Counted from the first letter of the stretch, positions 12,712 to 25,884 are shown. The stretch is DNA of 64,000 nucleotides from Phoronis australis (GCA_002633005.1 NMRA01000044.1:778074-842073); one strand, 5' to 3'. The notes: generated by a model from the letters alone, not told the origin. Numbers and translations are program-made.

Positions 12712-15504
12712 AGGAGAATGCCACCCAAAAAACAACGTATTTTGAATCAATTTAGATCCAGTAGTTCCACTCGATAACAGCAAGTTCAGTTGTTTTACCT
12801 GGCACCTAACGGCAGACGGAGGTGTTGAAATTAACCAATGACGTAATCGGTCCGAACGTACGGTCTGTTCAGCCTGGTGTCAACTTATCGCTTGAATTCA
12901 TCGTTTTACACCAATAAATCATCAAAATTCGATGTAAACCCCTTACAAGAACATCGAGTTCTTGAACAAACGTGTTGTTTTGCTTCACTGTTACGGATTT
13001 ATAGGTATTTGAATGTATCGTAGCCTACAGAGTTCGGTAGGCCAATTTGCCATGGTCGATCGCGGGAGATTGAGTCTGTCAGGTGTTAAATTCGAATCAT
13101 TCTTCCGTGAAATACAGTCGGGGAAACATAGCTGTGTGTTGTGCGATTTTTTCAGTTCTAAACACACAAAACGCTTGTTACTTCCCGCCAGTGGCTCGGA
13201 ACCGATCAGACCCGTCGAGGCCGCCGGGACTGGACATCACGAAGATAAACCAGCTTAAGTTGGAAACTAAACCTCCTGTCACGAAAAGACTATAATAGTG
13301 AGCCAAAGAAATAAATACACAAAACGTACCTCGATTGGCGTACATGAAGTAATATCCCACTCGACCTTATTCCGCGTGTCGACCGAGACCGAATTGTATT
13401 TATCCCATACGCTTCGAATTCCTAAGTTTGTTACATTTCTTCGGCAGATTTTTGAAATACTTGACCCAGACTGTTCACATGGCGGATCACATCCTATATG
13501 TATGTACTTGCGTGTTAGGTTGCAAGTTTTCTTTTGTAAAAGAAACAGTTTTAAAAGTAACGATTTATTTCTTGAAAAGAGGTAATAAAGATGAAAACAA
13601 AGGCAACTGTGCAGTGAACTTGAAACATCGCATGGAAATAGTTAAAAAAACAACAATATTTTATATTGTAGTTTCCTAGGAATCGGCGCCTGAGTTGCAG
13701 ACGATACAGTACTCAGCAATTGAAAATTGAGACGTAAGTGTCATATAATTAACAGTTTTGTTCCAGATTTTACGTTTAGGGCCTGGTTGCATATCGAGTG
13801 TTAGTTACACTGCTGCAACTGTATTACTTTAAACTATATTCGGAAAGTTTGATGATCGAACAGGCTGAAGACATCGAGTCAACAATGACCTACCTTTTGA
13901 ACTTTCCATGCCAGAGGTCACTGTTGAAGTAGTGCGGGAGGTGAATACGGAAAACTTTATTACATGGCCGTACTTCCCGCGACAGACTCAACGCGTATTG
14001 GGATAATGTGCACGTAACTATTTAAGTGAATTAACCACGAAACTGAAAATCTACTTGTCGGGTTAGGTTCTCCTTCCGCAGAACCGTCAGGGCAAATAAT
14101 GTATTTGTATATTTAAATAAAGATTCCCCTAAAGTGTGACTATAGGATATAAAATCGAGTTATTGTTTCACAATAGCTTTCTGTCAGCAAACACTGAATT
14201 AGCCTGCGCTCATACGGCCTCGGTTCCCGGTCAATTACCCATTACGGCGTTTTCCCGTTGCTCCCAACTTGTTCGATTCTATAGCTCAACAAGTTGGGAA
14301 GATCACCCCTGTAGCCAAAATCTTACACGACTGATTAGTTCCACTCTGGCATTTATGGTTGGAGAACCGGATCTCTTTTGTTCGATAATTGCTCTAATCT
14401 CCTATCAGATCGCATCAGCCTGACGGGGCTGTGCTGCTGAAAGTGAAAATTAAGTTATAACATATTTGAACATAAACCAATTGCATTTCTGAATTCCTTG
14501 TCAAATGCTGATCATGTTTAGTTTTTGAATCACCAAAATCGCCCAAACTACAACAGAAGTTAAGACAATCTATTCTGCCAGGTTTCTGTAACCCTTTCAA
14601 GCCGAGGAGATAATTGGCCTGCCTGTTGTCATACGGGACAAATCACCGTGCTGAACAGTTAACAAAGGAGCCAGATGTTATCGCACGCTCAGAACCCCTC
14701 ACGTCCGGAAAAGTTGCTGAACGATAGAACGCCGTCATGTTTATTGCAGTAAACCCGGTAACGCAGTGGTTTATTCATCGCTGATATCTCAAAACATTTG
14801 CACTCACGAATACTCCAAAAGCATTACAAATTGCATCTAATGAGACAGACTTTGTTTCAGTTGTATATAAGCATTGGTTAGGGTGAGAATTATTCATTTT
14901 GAAACAGAACGCAGAATAATAAACGTCTACGTGGCAAGTCGCCCGGCGCCAATCCCGACTTAGTCGAAAGCTCATCCGACGAAGACTTCACGGGTGGGAT
15001 CGTTAGGTTTCACAGACTATCAGTTTGAACAGGAATACACTGATCAAGAAATACTAGAGATGCGCCGTGAGCATGCACAGGCAACAGAATGTATGGATAG
15101 TTCTTTTTGGTAAGCCGGAATTCGTCAGAGAAATCACTGTCGACGAAATGCCGGCCACAGACACGGAGATGTTTCACGCCTCATATTTGCTATTAACAGC
15201 GTACTTTTCATTTTTCACTAAAGCGAGCGACATCCTAAGCATTTCGAGCTCTCGAGGAAGTCGAAAAAGCGATGTACCCGCTTTCTTCGCAGCTTCATAG
15301 TTCGAGCAAGCAGGAACAGTGCACCGCAATATAGCGGCATTCACGCTGCAGATGAACCACTGACGTCGCTGCGTCGTTTCTCACCTTCCTCACAGGTTAA
15401 CACGACACTTCTCGGCAAGGTGAGGTCAACCGTATAAGAGGCGATGTGGATATAGACCGATTAAGACTGTAAAAAGGACTAATTAAATCGGGTGGCATTC
15501 TCCT
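12712..15504. mobile_element. Non-autonomous Kolobok DNA transposon (15-bp TIR AGGAGAATGCCACCC, TTAA TSD)
   Basis: Perfect TIRs at 12712-12726 and 15490-15504; TTAA at 12708-12711 and 15505-15508; single TTAA at the paralogous empty site 41090-41093. Confidence 0.9.
15090..15340 (-). pseudogene. Degenerate THAP domain inside the Kolobok element
   Basis: RCTVPACSNY..GTSLFRLPRE, then a stop/frameshift, then KHLRVCGRHFVDSDF (C2CH signature). Confidence 0.7.
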
Positions 15505-17459
15505 TTAAAATTGTTGCAATTTTAGCATGATGACGACTCTTGGTCATACAGCTTCCTTAACACCTTTAGATGATGGAACCAATTCTTTCATGACAAGTCA
15601 TTTCACAATCGTTAAGGTGTCGCGAGTGGGGGAAATGCCCCTTTAAGTTACATCGACTGTAGACAAGAAATGGAGACAGGTGACAGACAATAGTGAAGAC
15701 AGAACGGAAGCACTTGCGTCACATTCAAAATTTGCAATTAAAAAACATTTTAGTGGAATCGGTTTGGAAGGCAATTTCTGTTCGTAGCAATACAGTGCAC
15801 ACGGTCCTAACCTTTTAGGATTCTACGCTGTATTTGACTAGGAGACACTTTTCCTTGCAAACTGTTGACATGTATATCGTTTAAGTTTATGAGCCTCGGC
15901 GAGTTGATTCTCGTGGAACTCTAGGCAGTCTATTATGTCGCCTATAGGGGGCAGGCTAGCCTAGTCCACAGATAAGCAATTGAAAAAATAGATGTAGACT
16001 TAACGAACGTGGAGGTGTTTCTAACAGTCTGGATTTTCGACCAAAGGACAGTATAACAATTGATGATAACCAAGAAATATTGTTGACCACTGGAACAAGG
16101 TGAAAACTCCACTAAGGGAAAATTTCGTACCTTCTCCTTTCGCCTCATTGTCAGTGAAAGTGTGTCCGAGTCGAACTATTTTCCGTAAATAGTTGATGGT
16201 TGTGGTACTTTTTCTCTAAATCGCGTGAGGAATCGTTGTAATTATATTTACTTAAACATTTAATGTTTCATATACCACCTGCCTTTTGGAACAATAAACT
16301 CAGTTTTACCATGACGCTCAATAAAAACAGACACATGAATTATTGAGATAATAAAACAATTATTCAACTAGACCTCTTGGAACAAACGTTTTCTTAGTTG
16401 AAATTAAAATATTCTGTGTAATTCTTTATTTCAGCTTACGAACAGCTCATACAGGCGTAGACAATCGATGTTAGTCACGAATTTACGGTGAGGCACGAAT
16501 ATACGCAAAATTTGAAGAAAGAATATGTATGTTATTTGGCTTCCATGCCAACTGGCGGCATAGTAACTGTCCGCAGTACATTTGCATGCGTAGCAGCGAA
16601 TGGCTGATATCGTTATGTTTCATTATTAAACACCACCGATTAGCACCGTCAACTGCTATCTGTAATTTGGTTCCGAGCTGAATCCATCTTTCATACCGCA
16701 GTTGCGACGGTTTTCGCTAATGCGACGAAATCTCTGATAGTATACGTAAGTGGAATTTTGGCCAATCTTCGTTTTCCTTTGCATAAAGTCGTTTTTCCAC
16801 TCCTGGAGTTTGTTAAATTTACACGAACACTAATTGAGGATGTTCTTGTAAACGTGAGAAGTGTGGGCGTACTCGTGCACCCGTGTCGTGCACCCGTGAC
16901 CAGAATCTGTCGATAAGAATTACTTAAAAGATATTTGGGGTAAGTTCTTCATCTACGACTGTTAGCTGGAAGTCTTGTGTTTAGCCAGTGTTTGCATTGT
17001 GTTTCTGGTAGGGTTGGAAAATAAGACATTTGTTGAAGAAATTTCAACGTGTGATTAAAAGTAGGTGTATTCCCCCAGTGAGCGCGAGCTCGAATTCTCT
17101 TAACATGATGAACTGATTAAACCAATGTTGAGGAATGCAATGTCAGTCTCGGTCAGCCGATTTATAACTGGTGTATGCGACAAATCTATGTAGATTAATA
17201 AGACACAAATTGAAGCTGACATAGCACGATACACGATGTTGCAACACAAAACGCATACAAGGGTCTAGTTCATAACAATGTCTACACAAATATTAAAAGT
17301 AGTACTAGCAACTTCTTCATAATAACATTTGTATGAAAATGAAGAAATCATGTCATGCGTATTCAATGTTTTACAGTGTAATTTAATTTAGAAAAAGGTA
17401 TACGGATATGAAATGATGGCTCAAAAACCGTACGGCCGTTTGACTATCCTTCGCCCTCC

Positions 17460-17460
<1 letters not shown>

Positions 17461-17504
<44 letters not shown>

Positions 17505-17510
17505 CCATCA
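17461..17510. repeat. (CAT)n microsatellite
   Basis: Seen directly; explains the poly-His and poly-Met ORFs. Confidence 0.95.
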
Positions 17511-17920
17511 TGATCTTCGTCGTTATCATCCTGACCAACATCATTTTCATTTTCACCAAAGTAATCGCCGTCGTCGTCATCATTGTCGCAGTGTTGCCTC
17601 TTCGTCATCAAAATTTATTTCCCAGTTTCTGAAGTAATTGTTGAATTTATAATCCGCGATATCTTAAATAATTTTCGTGGTCTCTGATTTTACCAGTTCT
17701 ATATGTTAGAGCATTTTCATAGACCAGAGGTAACGGGGTCAAAATGATGGTTTACGCTAAATCTCTCTGTCAGAAACTTAAAATCTGACCGGTAGCATGG
17801 CAGTTCCTTTCGTGTAAATATACTGAGCCACAACACCACGTTCCTTACAATATCTTTTTTATCACTCCGGCTGGTCTGCTCACTCAGCTTGTCCGGAACC
17901 CTGCTTTGCTGGTTGTTATA

Positions 17921-18184
17921 GCCCAGTTGGCTGTTTGGTGTACCCACTTGGTACTTTATATGATATTTGCCCATTTGGCAGTTTGTACCCACTTGGTACT
18001 TGTTATTGAATTTGCCGTTTTGCTCGACCCAGTTGGTAGGCAATCGGCCAATACCCATTTGGTATTATGTACCCATTTGGTACTACGCTAACCTGTGCCA
18101 CTTAGCATCCGATACTCAGTTGTACTTTGGGTATCGGAAATGTGTCTGTGTGTTATGTCTTGTAATTAAGGAACCCATCTGGTT
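17921..18184. repeat. Array of about 10 CCCA(C/T/G)TTGG quasi-palindromic motifs with variable spacers
   Basis: e.g. GTACCCACTTGGTACT twice, TACCCATTTGGTA twice, CCCAGTTGG twice. Confidence 0.7.
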
Positions 18185-19329
18185 CCTTCTGTGAAATAGT
18201 TATTTGTAGAGCTGTGACCCTGAAATTCCCAATACAACTTAAAATATACATTATTCTTGTCGTTTTATTTGTCCCCAATAATCAAATTTATACTCAAATA
18301 GTACGACGTGATTGGTTGAGTTTCGAGTCAAGGTCGGATTAAAAGCTGACCGAGTCGGAAATTAATTCCAGGGCCCAGAGCGTGTCACTTGTCGATGTCA
18401 CCAGAAATTGGTAAGGTTGTCCAATATATGCACGGCGTCGTATTCTGAAAGCTTGGTGGTAACTTTGTAGAATTCTGTGAGGTAATCCTTTGAAACCGAA
18501 TTAAATCCTCAAGCAAATATCTGGCTTGCAAAAAATGAAAACAACAACCGGTCTTCCAGGACGGGGGGCGGCCGGTCTAAATCCCGAGTGCCAATATTGA
18601 TGCCTTCTTGATTTAAAAAGTAACCCTTACGACACTCCTACCTGTGGTAATAGCTGTGTGGTACGTGAATTTTGACAATATGTCACCAGCCCATTTGTAC
18701 AGCGTTATCAGCACGAGATCATGGACCGTGCACAATTAAAAAAGTTAATCATCCAGTAGAGGTCGCTTTTTCTGTAACAGAATTCTGATTTAGTCATCAT
18801 TTGTTGGTTACTCTCACTTTCTCAGACAAGGTATTATTGAATCTTCGTGTTCCTAGAACTGTTTGTGACCATAGCGTATACTTTATACGTACGTCAAAGT
18901 GGAGCAAGTCGCAACGTGACACATGACACGGTGACAACTGTCACGAGAAAATTTGATTGGTTGATTAGTATGCTTTGCAGCCTTTGTTACTTTTCAAGAG
19001 ACAAGCCTATTTCACCGTCTTAAGTGTGTTTCATGATCTAGATTCAGCATTAGTCTATATTAGGATTAAATTCAGTTTTACCTAGTTTGGCTTATGCTGT
19101 ACGTTTGTCGCTTCACTTATTAGAATAGAACTATTTGGAGTCAACCTTGTTGTTTCTACCTGTTCCGATCATACACCTCCCTAGCCAAACCCCATTTTCT
19201 CCTACGCCATACTTTCCAAAATTTCTTGGATTTTTGTTATGACCATTCCAAACACGTACTTTTCATTTCATTTCATTTCATATCCCCGTTTTCGTGGCAA
19301 CCAAACCAAATGTCGTCTGCTTCAGTATT

Positions 19330-19335
19330 TTTATT
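19330..19335 (-). terminator. Polyadenylation signal AATAAA, copy B
   Basis: Paralogous position. Confidence 0.6.
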
Positions 19336-19477
19336 CGTTACATCAGTTAATGCTGTAAACCGTTGTACATTCTGTGCAATTGCATCTCTAAGTCTTACTT
19401 GACAACTTTTACAATTCCTGTCACAATTTCTTTAGAATTTTATTTGTAATACTGCTTCTACCACGACGTCACCCCAC

Positions 19478-19674
19478 TCAGACGGGGCATTTAACATTGG
19501 CAGGGTAGTCGCACCAACACAACCTAGTGGTGAACAGCAAACCCGCGGGACAGACTTGAGTGAAAGCATCTTGTCCGGCAACGGATTGTTGGAATGTGGA
19601 ACAGCCGCTATTTGGCACGTAGTGGTTTGGAATGCCCTCTATCGTCCGATCACAATACAAAGGATCGACAACGG
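19478..19674 (-). CDS. Copy B exon 4: CBM14-like domain
   Basis: Acceptor tttcag, TGA stop; homologous to copy A exon 4. Confidence 0.85.
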
Positions 19675-22600
19675 CTGAAACGAGGACAACGTTTCGAGAA
19701 TGGTAATGATTCAGTGTGTGTTCAGTCAAAAAAAGACTTACAAGCATTCCTTTACTTTTTCATGATTATAAGTACCCCCAGTACCCAAAACAGACAACTT
19801 TACAGTCCAGATATCGATTCAATATTTTATCTAGGCAACAGGTTAACTTCTGGTAACTTGCAATGGTTCGCTGGTCTCCAATATTCACTTTCGGGGATAT
19901 TGACCAATTCATAGACGGTTTTTGAAAATATAACTTGCTAATACTGTAACTACGAAATTCACGCTCCAGAGTGAAACTCGAAAAAAAATACATCTAATAT
20001 CATCCGACTGGCAAACACACTGTTGAAGGCCCTTGACTCACATCCCTAAACTCCACACACGCAACGAAAATGCAACATACCAATCCCGCAGACAAGATTC
20101 CATGGCTGCACCACAAGTCACCAGTCGGAATTTATGGGCACGACCATGGAATCTGGTCCCCAGTATTGGAGTTTGGTCATCACATGTGGAGGACTTTGGG
20201 TACCTGTGTGGAGCTCAGACGTGCGGTTCTTGACAATTGCAACGTGGGTTTGTTCTTTGCTGGTTCGGCACTGAAATTTAGAAGCTCTGTCATGGTCATT
20301 GAAGAACGTGTACTATTAGAGCATGAGTGTACTGAATTTCTTTGTTGTTTTTTTTTTCTTGAAATATAATAGACAAATTATAATCTAATAATTAATTAGA
20401 TTAAAGCTTGATGAAGAATACATTTTTCAAATCAATTGAAACAAATATCTATTTTCTAATAAGATTCCATGACTTACCTGTGCACACAAGAGGAATGAGT
20501 GATTCAACTAAGCCGGTCAAGTTGCCCACTGAAAGCTCGAAAACGTTAGACAGTGAGCCACCGATAGCTGAAAGCTCGTCCAAGTTTAAACCCCAGCTGC
20601 CGGTACCGATAGCGAACAAAGATATTCCTTTTTGGCGAGCGATGTCTGAACGATTTTTTGCCACGTGCAAATCCGTGAAACCGTCAGTCACCACAATACC
20701 AATTTTCTTTGCATTTGGTCTACCTCCTCTTACGGCAGTGAAATATGTGTTGTACATTTTCTCAATAGCTATTCCACTCCTCCAGTCTGTCACACATCTC
20801 TTAGATGCAGGAACACTGGGAGACTTCAAAGCCTACAAGATTGGATCAAGTAAACAGCATTGGCATCGAAGTACCCAGAGACAACTCAAACTGAACACAG
20901 GGGTCACCCATGCAAACAGCCTCTGCAATATTCGGTGTCAGATATAGGTCTCATTGAACAAAATCAAATTTTATAGTACCAATATCTGGAATTTTTCTTG
21001 AAATTCACAATTCATCTTCATAGCAGCTACAAAGGAGATAAGATAGGTTGGACGAAGAATATTGCTATTACTGTGCACTATTTTGGCGAAAGCTTTAATT
21101 GTCTTTTTGACAGTTCAAAAATTGCAGCATGACAAGAAGTCTGTGACTGGTACACTTCTCATTGCTCTCGTTACCCATTTCCTTGCACTACGTTCGCTTG
21201 CATTCATTAAAATACGATCCCAGCACACCCCAATCTCACCTTTTATGTAGATAATATAATACTACGTTGAATGTCAGTTTTTATACGTGCCTTTGTACAG
21301 TTTCATTTCGTGGCAGTCTAAGTGATCAGAGAGGTGAATTTTTCGGGAAATGACCATGGGGAGCAGAAACGATTTCGTATCAAGTTGTGACGTCAACCCA
21401 GACAATAGGGAACTTACATTTAGCAAGCCAGCACTGGTTGTGTATTGGTCCAAATCAAAACACTTTCCGGTGTGGGGAAAGGAAATGACCCCAACTTGGA
21501 ACGCGTTTGGTCCAATCTCGAACGCCGACACGGTGTCGTGTAACACCGACAGTACGTGGCCATAGTTGCCGCCCATGCTGCCCGAGTTGTCGATAGCAAT
21601 CATCACGTCCGCTTGACCATTGCAGAGGGATTCGACTGAAGAATAGGAAAGATTAACGTGCGTGGACCTAAAGCTATGAAAAATAAGACGCATAATTTCC
21701 ATAAAAATGATATTTTAATTCAGTGAAATTTTTTTCTCGTGTTCTCTCACATATAAATCACCGATATCCAATTTTAAAGCGGGTATCGTGTCGTCGGGAT
21801 CCTTTGACTTGAGCTTTGTAGTCAGTTGCTAGTGGTAAACTACTTTAGCAGACGATATTTTGCCGGTCCAAGCTCAGCCTGTTAAAATGTGTAGAAAGCT
21901 ATTATAGTTGCTAAACCTTAATTTATAGATTCAATTTATTTCTATTTTGTTTAAATTTTCAATTGGTTTTGAGTATAAGCAATATTTGACAAAAATACCT
22001 CGGCTTTTCTTAAAAGGTCACGACCTCCGACCCCGGGCCTCTGACATAGAAAGTAGTTACAAAGCCGAGGCGAGTCGAGACATGATTTCTGTAAACTATG
22101 TCTAGAGTGTGGCAGTGGCGGATCTACGGGGGGGTTCAGGGGGTTTAAACCCCCCCCCCTCGGGCCAGGACCCAAAAATTAGAAAAAAACAAAAACGTCT
22201 CCAGCAAAACAAAAACGGCACCGCCAGCGTGTGTAAACTCCAAGTAAACCAACTTGGAAAAAGACGAGGGGGGGGTTCACTCTAAAAATATTTTTTTGCA
22301 TTGTGAATTGCTGTTATGAAAATCAACGCGTTTCGAGTCTTTGTGACTCGTCGGCAAAACCCCGGAGATCAAATGTGCGCGCGCTTCCGACGACACTTCT
22401 GAAGTAGCCAAGCATTTTAGATGGATCCACGGCTGAAATAGCAGCTCTATAGCTGATTTCTTTAGGTAACTAGTTTCTTTACTCTAAGATATGTTTTGAT
22501 TTGATTAGGGGAAATACTGTGGTGCCACAATCCTGATATTCAAGCGAATTGACGTGCAACCTTTTTTACCTCATCTGTCATGCCATGTTACACCCCACAC

Positions 22601-24585
22601 GTTTGTAACTCGAATTTGACTGGTGCATAGTAAAGTTGTCTTGCGCGATATCATACAGTGTACATGTACATGTAATACTTGAAAAAAAACTCGTTTTCCG
22701 AAGAATTGCTATTGTGGCCTGCGCCGTGGTCTGGTCGCGAGTCTGTTTGAAGATGCTCTCTAACAAGTTATGTCTATACAAGGAATGACCAAGGGAACAC
22801 TCACATTGACAACGTGACAGCTTTCGCGAACAGTGTACAGTACCAGAAATTGCGAGGAGGCTGTATCTTCACAACAAAGTCTTGCGGTAGTTGTGCGATG
22901 TTCAACGGGCCTCCTAAAGAGCCCTAGTGCCGACCTCAACACCTACCGTCTTACTACCTGCAATAAGCACCACCGCCGTTTTCTATACTGGGAATTTCCG
23001 CATTAGGCCCACCCGAAGAAACGCCCGGCATGCCCATCGGCATTTATTTGATGTTAGTACTTCAGGTTTCAAGCGTTCAGACATTGGGACGTTTATTTCG
23101 AAAATTGCAAGAGATGCAAATGGGTCCTGGGATACATCGTCAAGGTTTGAAGTAGTCCATGATGAACGGATCGAATTTAGTTGCTCACGCTGTAAGTCTT
23201 TTGAATGGACTTGATTATCTCAGGGGGCTTAGTGCCAACTGAGCTTCGAAACGAAATTCTGACAATGTAGAGGCGTACAAGCTCATTGACACAGCAGTTG
23301 TCGAAGTGCAAGCGTTGGTAACAAACGTCGAAGATGTTTAGGTAGAATGATTTCAAGAGCAGCAAACCATTGGATCCGATGTACAGATTCCCCGGCAGTC
23401 TAGACAACAGAAAGATAGGACCAACGTTCCCGGAGAAACACCCAGGTAATAAGTTATAATTATACACAGTTTGTAATAATGTCTGTTTTTTATGATTGTG
23501 TACAATGAAAACGAAATAGAAATTATTTTTGGACATGCCAAATTTACCCAGTACAGCAGAGGGTCTACGAGGGCACAGAAACTGATTCTGGTTTGTATTT
23601 CCACTTGAGTCTATCTGCTTCATATCCAAAATCTTATTTCACGTAGTGCGTAGTTAAATCTGTACTCCATACTTGTTTCTTCCAGTGAGTACTACAGAAC
23701 GGTGCGAAAACCCTTCCTAGACAACCTCTCGCAGCAGTTGACCACCAGATGTATGAACTACACGTATGAGCATCCACTGGGGATTAAAAAGTGTNNNNNN
23801 NNNNNNNNNNNNNNNNNNNNNNNNNNNNNNNNNNNNNNNNNNNNNNNNNNNNNNNNNNNNNNNNNNNNNNNNNNNNNNNNNNNNNNNNNNNNNNNNNNNN
23901 NNNNNNNNNNNNNNNNNNNNNNNNNNNNNNNNNNNNNNNNNNNNNNNNNNNNNNNNNNNNNNNNNNNNNNNNNNNNNNNNNNNNNNNNNNNNNNNNNNNN
24001 NNNNNNNNNNNNNNNNNNNNNNNNNNNNNNNNNNNNNNNNNNNNNNNNNNNNNTGAGCCAAGTTCATGTGACGAAATCGAGAATGGTTTTTAATTATCTT
24101 AAGAAAAACTCCAGGGACATGTTAAGTGCCAGAAACGTACCAGGATGCATGGAAATTTCACTGTTTGGCTATAAAAACAAAAAGTTGTCTTACACGGGAG
24201 GGGGTTTACCCGGCCTTACCCCCCTCCCCGCTCGGCGTCACGCGCCTCGGATTCGACCTTTGCGGGAATCCTAAACCCCCCTTACTGAAAACGTAGATCC
24301 GCCACTGTGTGGTAGCTTTATAATTGCTTTTTAGTTTTTTTAACAATTGCTAAATGGGAGGGTGAGACCTAATTTCTGTCTTAGTTTAAGTTACCTTTAA
24401 TAACCAGAACCCCAAGTGACACGTTTTTATGGCCAATGACTTTGCAGTGACCAAGCTTAGTCGTGGGCAAGTTCGCTTGATTAGCTGCGCTAACATTCAT
24501 TTCAAAAATCTCAATTCGAAAGATCTTAAAACTCACCTTGTTTCACTAGAAGAAGTGTAACAAGAGATGTCGCTAGCATCTTCAT
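19478..24585 (-). CDS. Paralogue B: secreted VWA + CBM14 protein, 272 aa; complement(join 24537-24585, 21418-21635, 20478-20832, 19478-19674)
   Basis: Exon sizes 49/218/355/197 nt as in copy A, with GT-AG sites and no internal stops. Starts MKMLATSLVTLLLVKQVES and ends CWCDYPANVKCPV*. Confidence 0.9.
20478..20832 (-). CDS. Copy B exon 3: VWA C-terminal half
   Basis: 355 nt, flanked by ttgtag and gtaagt. Confidence 0.9.
21418..21635 (-). CDS. Copy B exon 2: VWA N-terminal half
   Basis: 218 nt, flanked by cttcag and gtaagt. Confidence 0.9.
22113..24307. mobile_element. hAT5-like non-autonomous DNA transposon (TIR CAGTGGCGGATCTACG, 5-bp TSD TGTGG) in intron 1 of copy B
   Basis: 16-bp perfect TIRs; TGTGG at 22108-22112 and 24308-24312; contains a gap and possibly nested decayed LTR-retrotransposon sequence. 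Confidence 0.8.
23795..24053. other. Assembly gap (N run)
   Basis: N characters. Confidence 1.
24537..24585 (-). CDS. Copy B exon 1: signal peptide
   Basis: MKMLATSLVTLLLVKQ followed by donor gtgagt. Confidence 0.8.
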
Positions 24586-24775
24586 TATACCAGCAAGTTC
24601 TGAAAGACAGAAAAAGATTAAAAAGATATGGATATTGACAAATTATTGAAACCTAGGAAGATCTTTATGCTTTGATTTCAAAGTAAGTGGTATTCTACCT
24701 ATATCTCGTACAGTTTGGTTGTACCAATCCACAATATTCTTATGCGCAATTCTAAAAATGTTGTTATTGTTTGAG

Positions 24776-24783
24776 TTCTTATA
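24776..24783 (-). promoter_or_regulatory. TATA-like box of copy B (TATAAGAA)
   Basis: Paralogous position in the GTCGACGTAC-TATAA context; 5' UTR exon donor at 24699/24698. Confidence 0.5.
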
Positions 24784-25223
24784 GTACGTCGACGTGGGAT
24801 GTGCCAAGTGTTCACGTCGATAACGAAAGTCATACGCGAGTATTCCACGAAAGAGTTTTTTTTCATCCTCCTTGAGATACGATTCATACCTGCTTTCACA
24901 CGAGACTGTTTCAAGCTGACGCCATTATAACTCTACTACTACAACTTTACTACTACAATTAACACAGATTTTTTGGGAACAAACAGTTGTGTTATCGCCG
25001 GTCTGTCAACATCGATATTATGACGTATATATGAATTGCTTTAAAAAAACAATTGCAGGCGGTCTGACACATGTTGTACCGGACTTGCGCAGGCCTCGCA
25101 TGTGGGCCCGTTGTACTGATCACCTGGAACTATTTTTATGTTTTATTAATATCTGGTTAAAACTGCTTCTACTCATCTATATATGAAATACTTATTTCGG
25201 ACCCAGATGCTGACATTCGACGC

Positions 25224-25884
25224 TGTCGGACACAAACAACTCGAGAGCGGCCGCGATTACACCCGCGCCGCCCGACGCCTCATTCCCATTTGTTCCCAAG
25301 ACGGAAAAGCGCTAGGTTCTGATGCGGAAAACCCGGGGTGATTTTTTTCTTTGTCTTATCAAGTCGTGGCTTCAGTCGATCGCACGAACGCGCTTCTTCC
25401 TCGAAGCCAAATTATTATTTGGGGTATTCGCCCCTAGCCAGACTTTACAGTTTACGTAGTACAAGGTTGCAGGTTCAATATTCGGCTGCGAGAGAAATCG
25501 AAGAAACGATGTAAACGTTGAATGAATTTTCAGAATTTCGAGTCGAACAAATTTCCGACTTCGGCATTATACGAGCACCTGTTTGCCACCGCGTATGAGT
25601 ACTTTGTGTGTTCCGTGTACTGCGGTCGAATCTGTGGCGGGAAGGGCTCTTGCCCGTTAGCGCGAGTCGCTATTTATATTCTGATGTCTATTGTGACGTC
25701 TACTTGAAGCTATTTGTTGACTAGTCAAATGCCCATGCGGGTTCTTTCGAGATCTCGTGGTTTGAGTGAGTCTTAAATCGGAGTTTGTGAAATGTGTTTG
25801 CAGTCGCTGATTTAACTGCAGTCGCTGGTCTGATTATTTATTATTTAATGGCGAACCCGTGACTTACGGCGCCCGAACAGGGAC
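25224..25884 (+). mobile_element. LTR-retrotransposon relic: putative LTR followed by a tRNA-Lys primer-binding site
   Basis: CGGCGCCCGAACAGGGAC at 25867-25884 matches 17/18 nt of the tRNA-Lys(UUU) PBS TGGCGCCCGAACAGGGAC; the LTR left edge is approximate. Confidence 0.55.

Noticed and set aside
17383-17637. Poly-His and poly-Met ORFs
   Set aside because: Translation of a (CAT)n microsatellite; no splice or gene context.
17921-18184. CRISPR array
   Set aside because: Eukaryotic context; repeats are too short and degenerate, spacers are irregular and there are no cas genes.
20408-20947. Plus-strand ORFs overlapping the exons (also 5017-5349, 5451-5675, 34597-34941)
   Set aside because: Antisense shadows of the real minus-strand exons.
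22580-23620. Nested Gypsy integrase remnant in the hAT5-like element
   Set aside because: Only faint motif resemblance (DPFASLA); too decayed to call as a separate feature.
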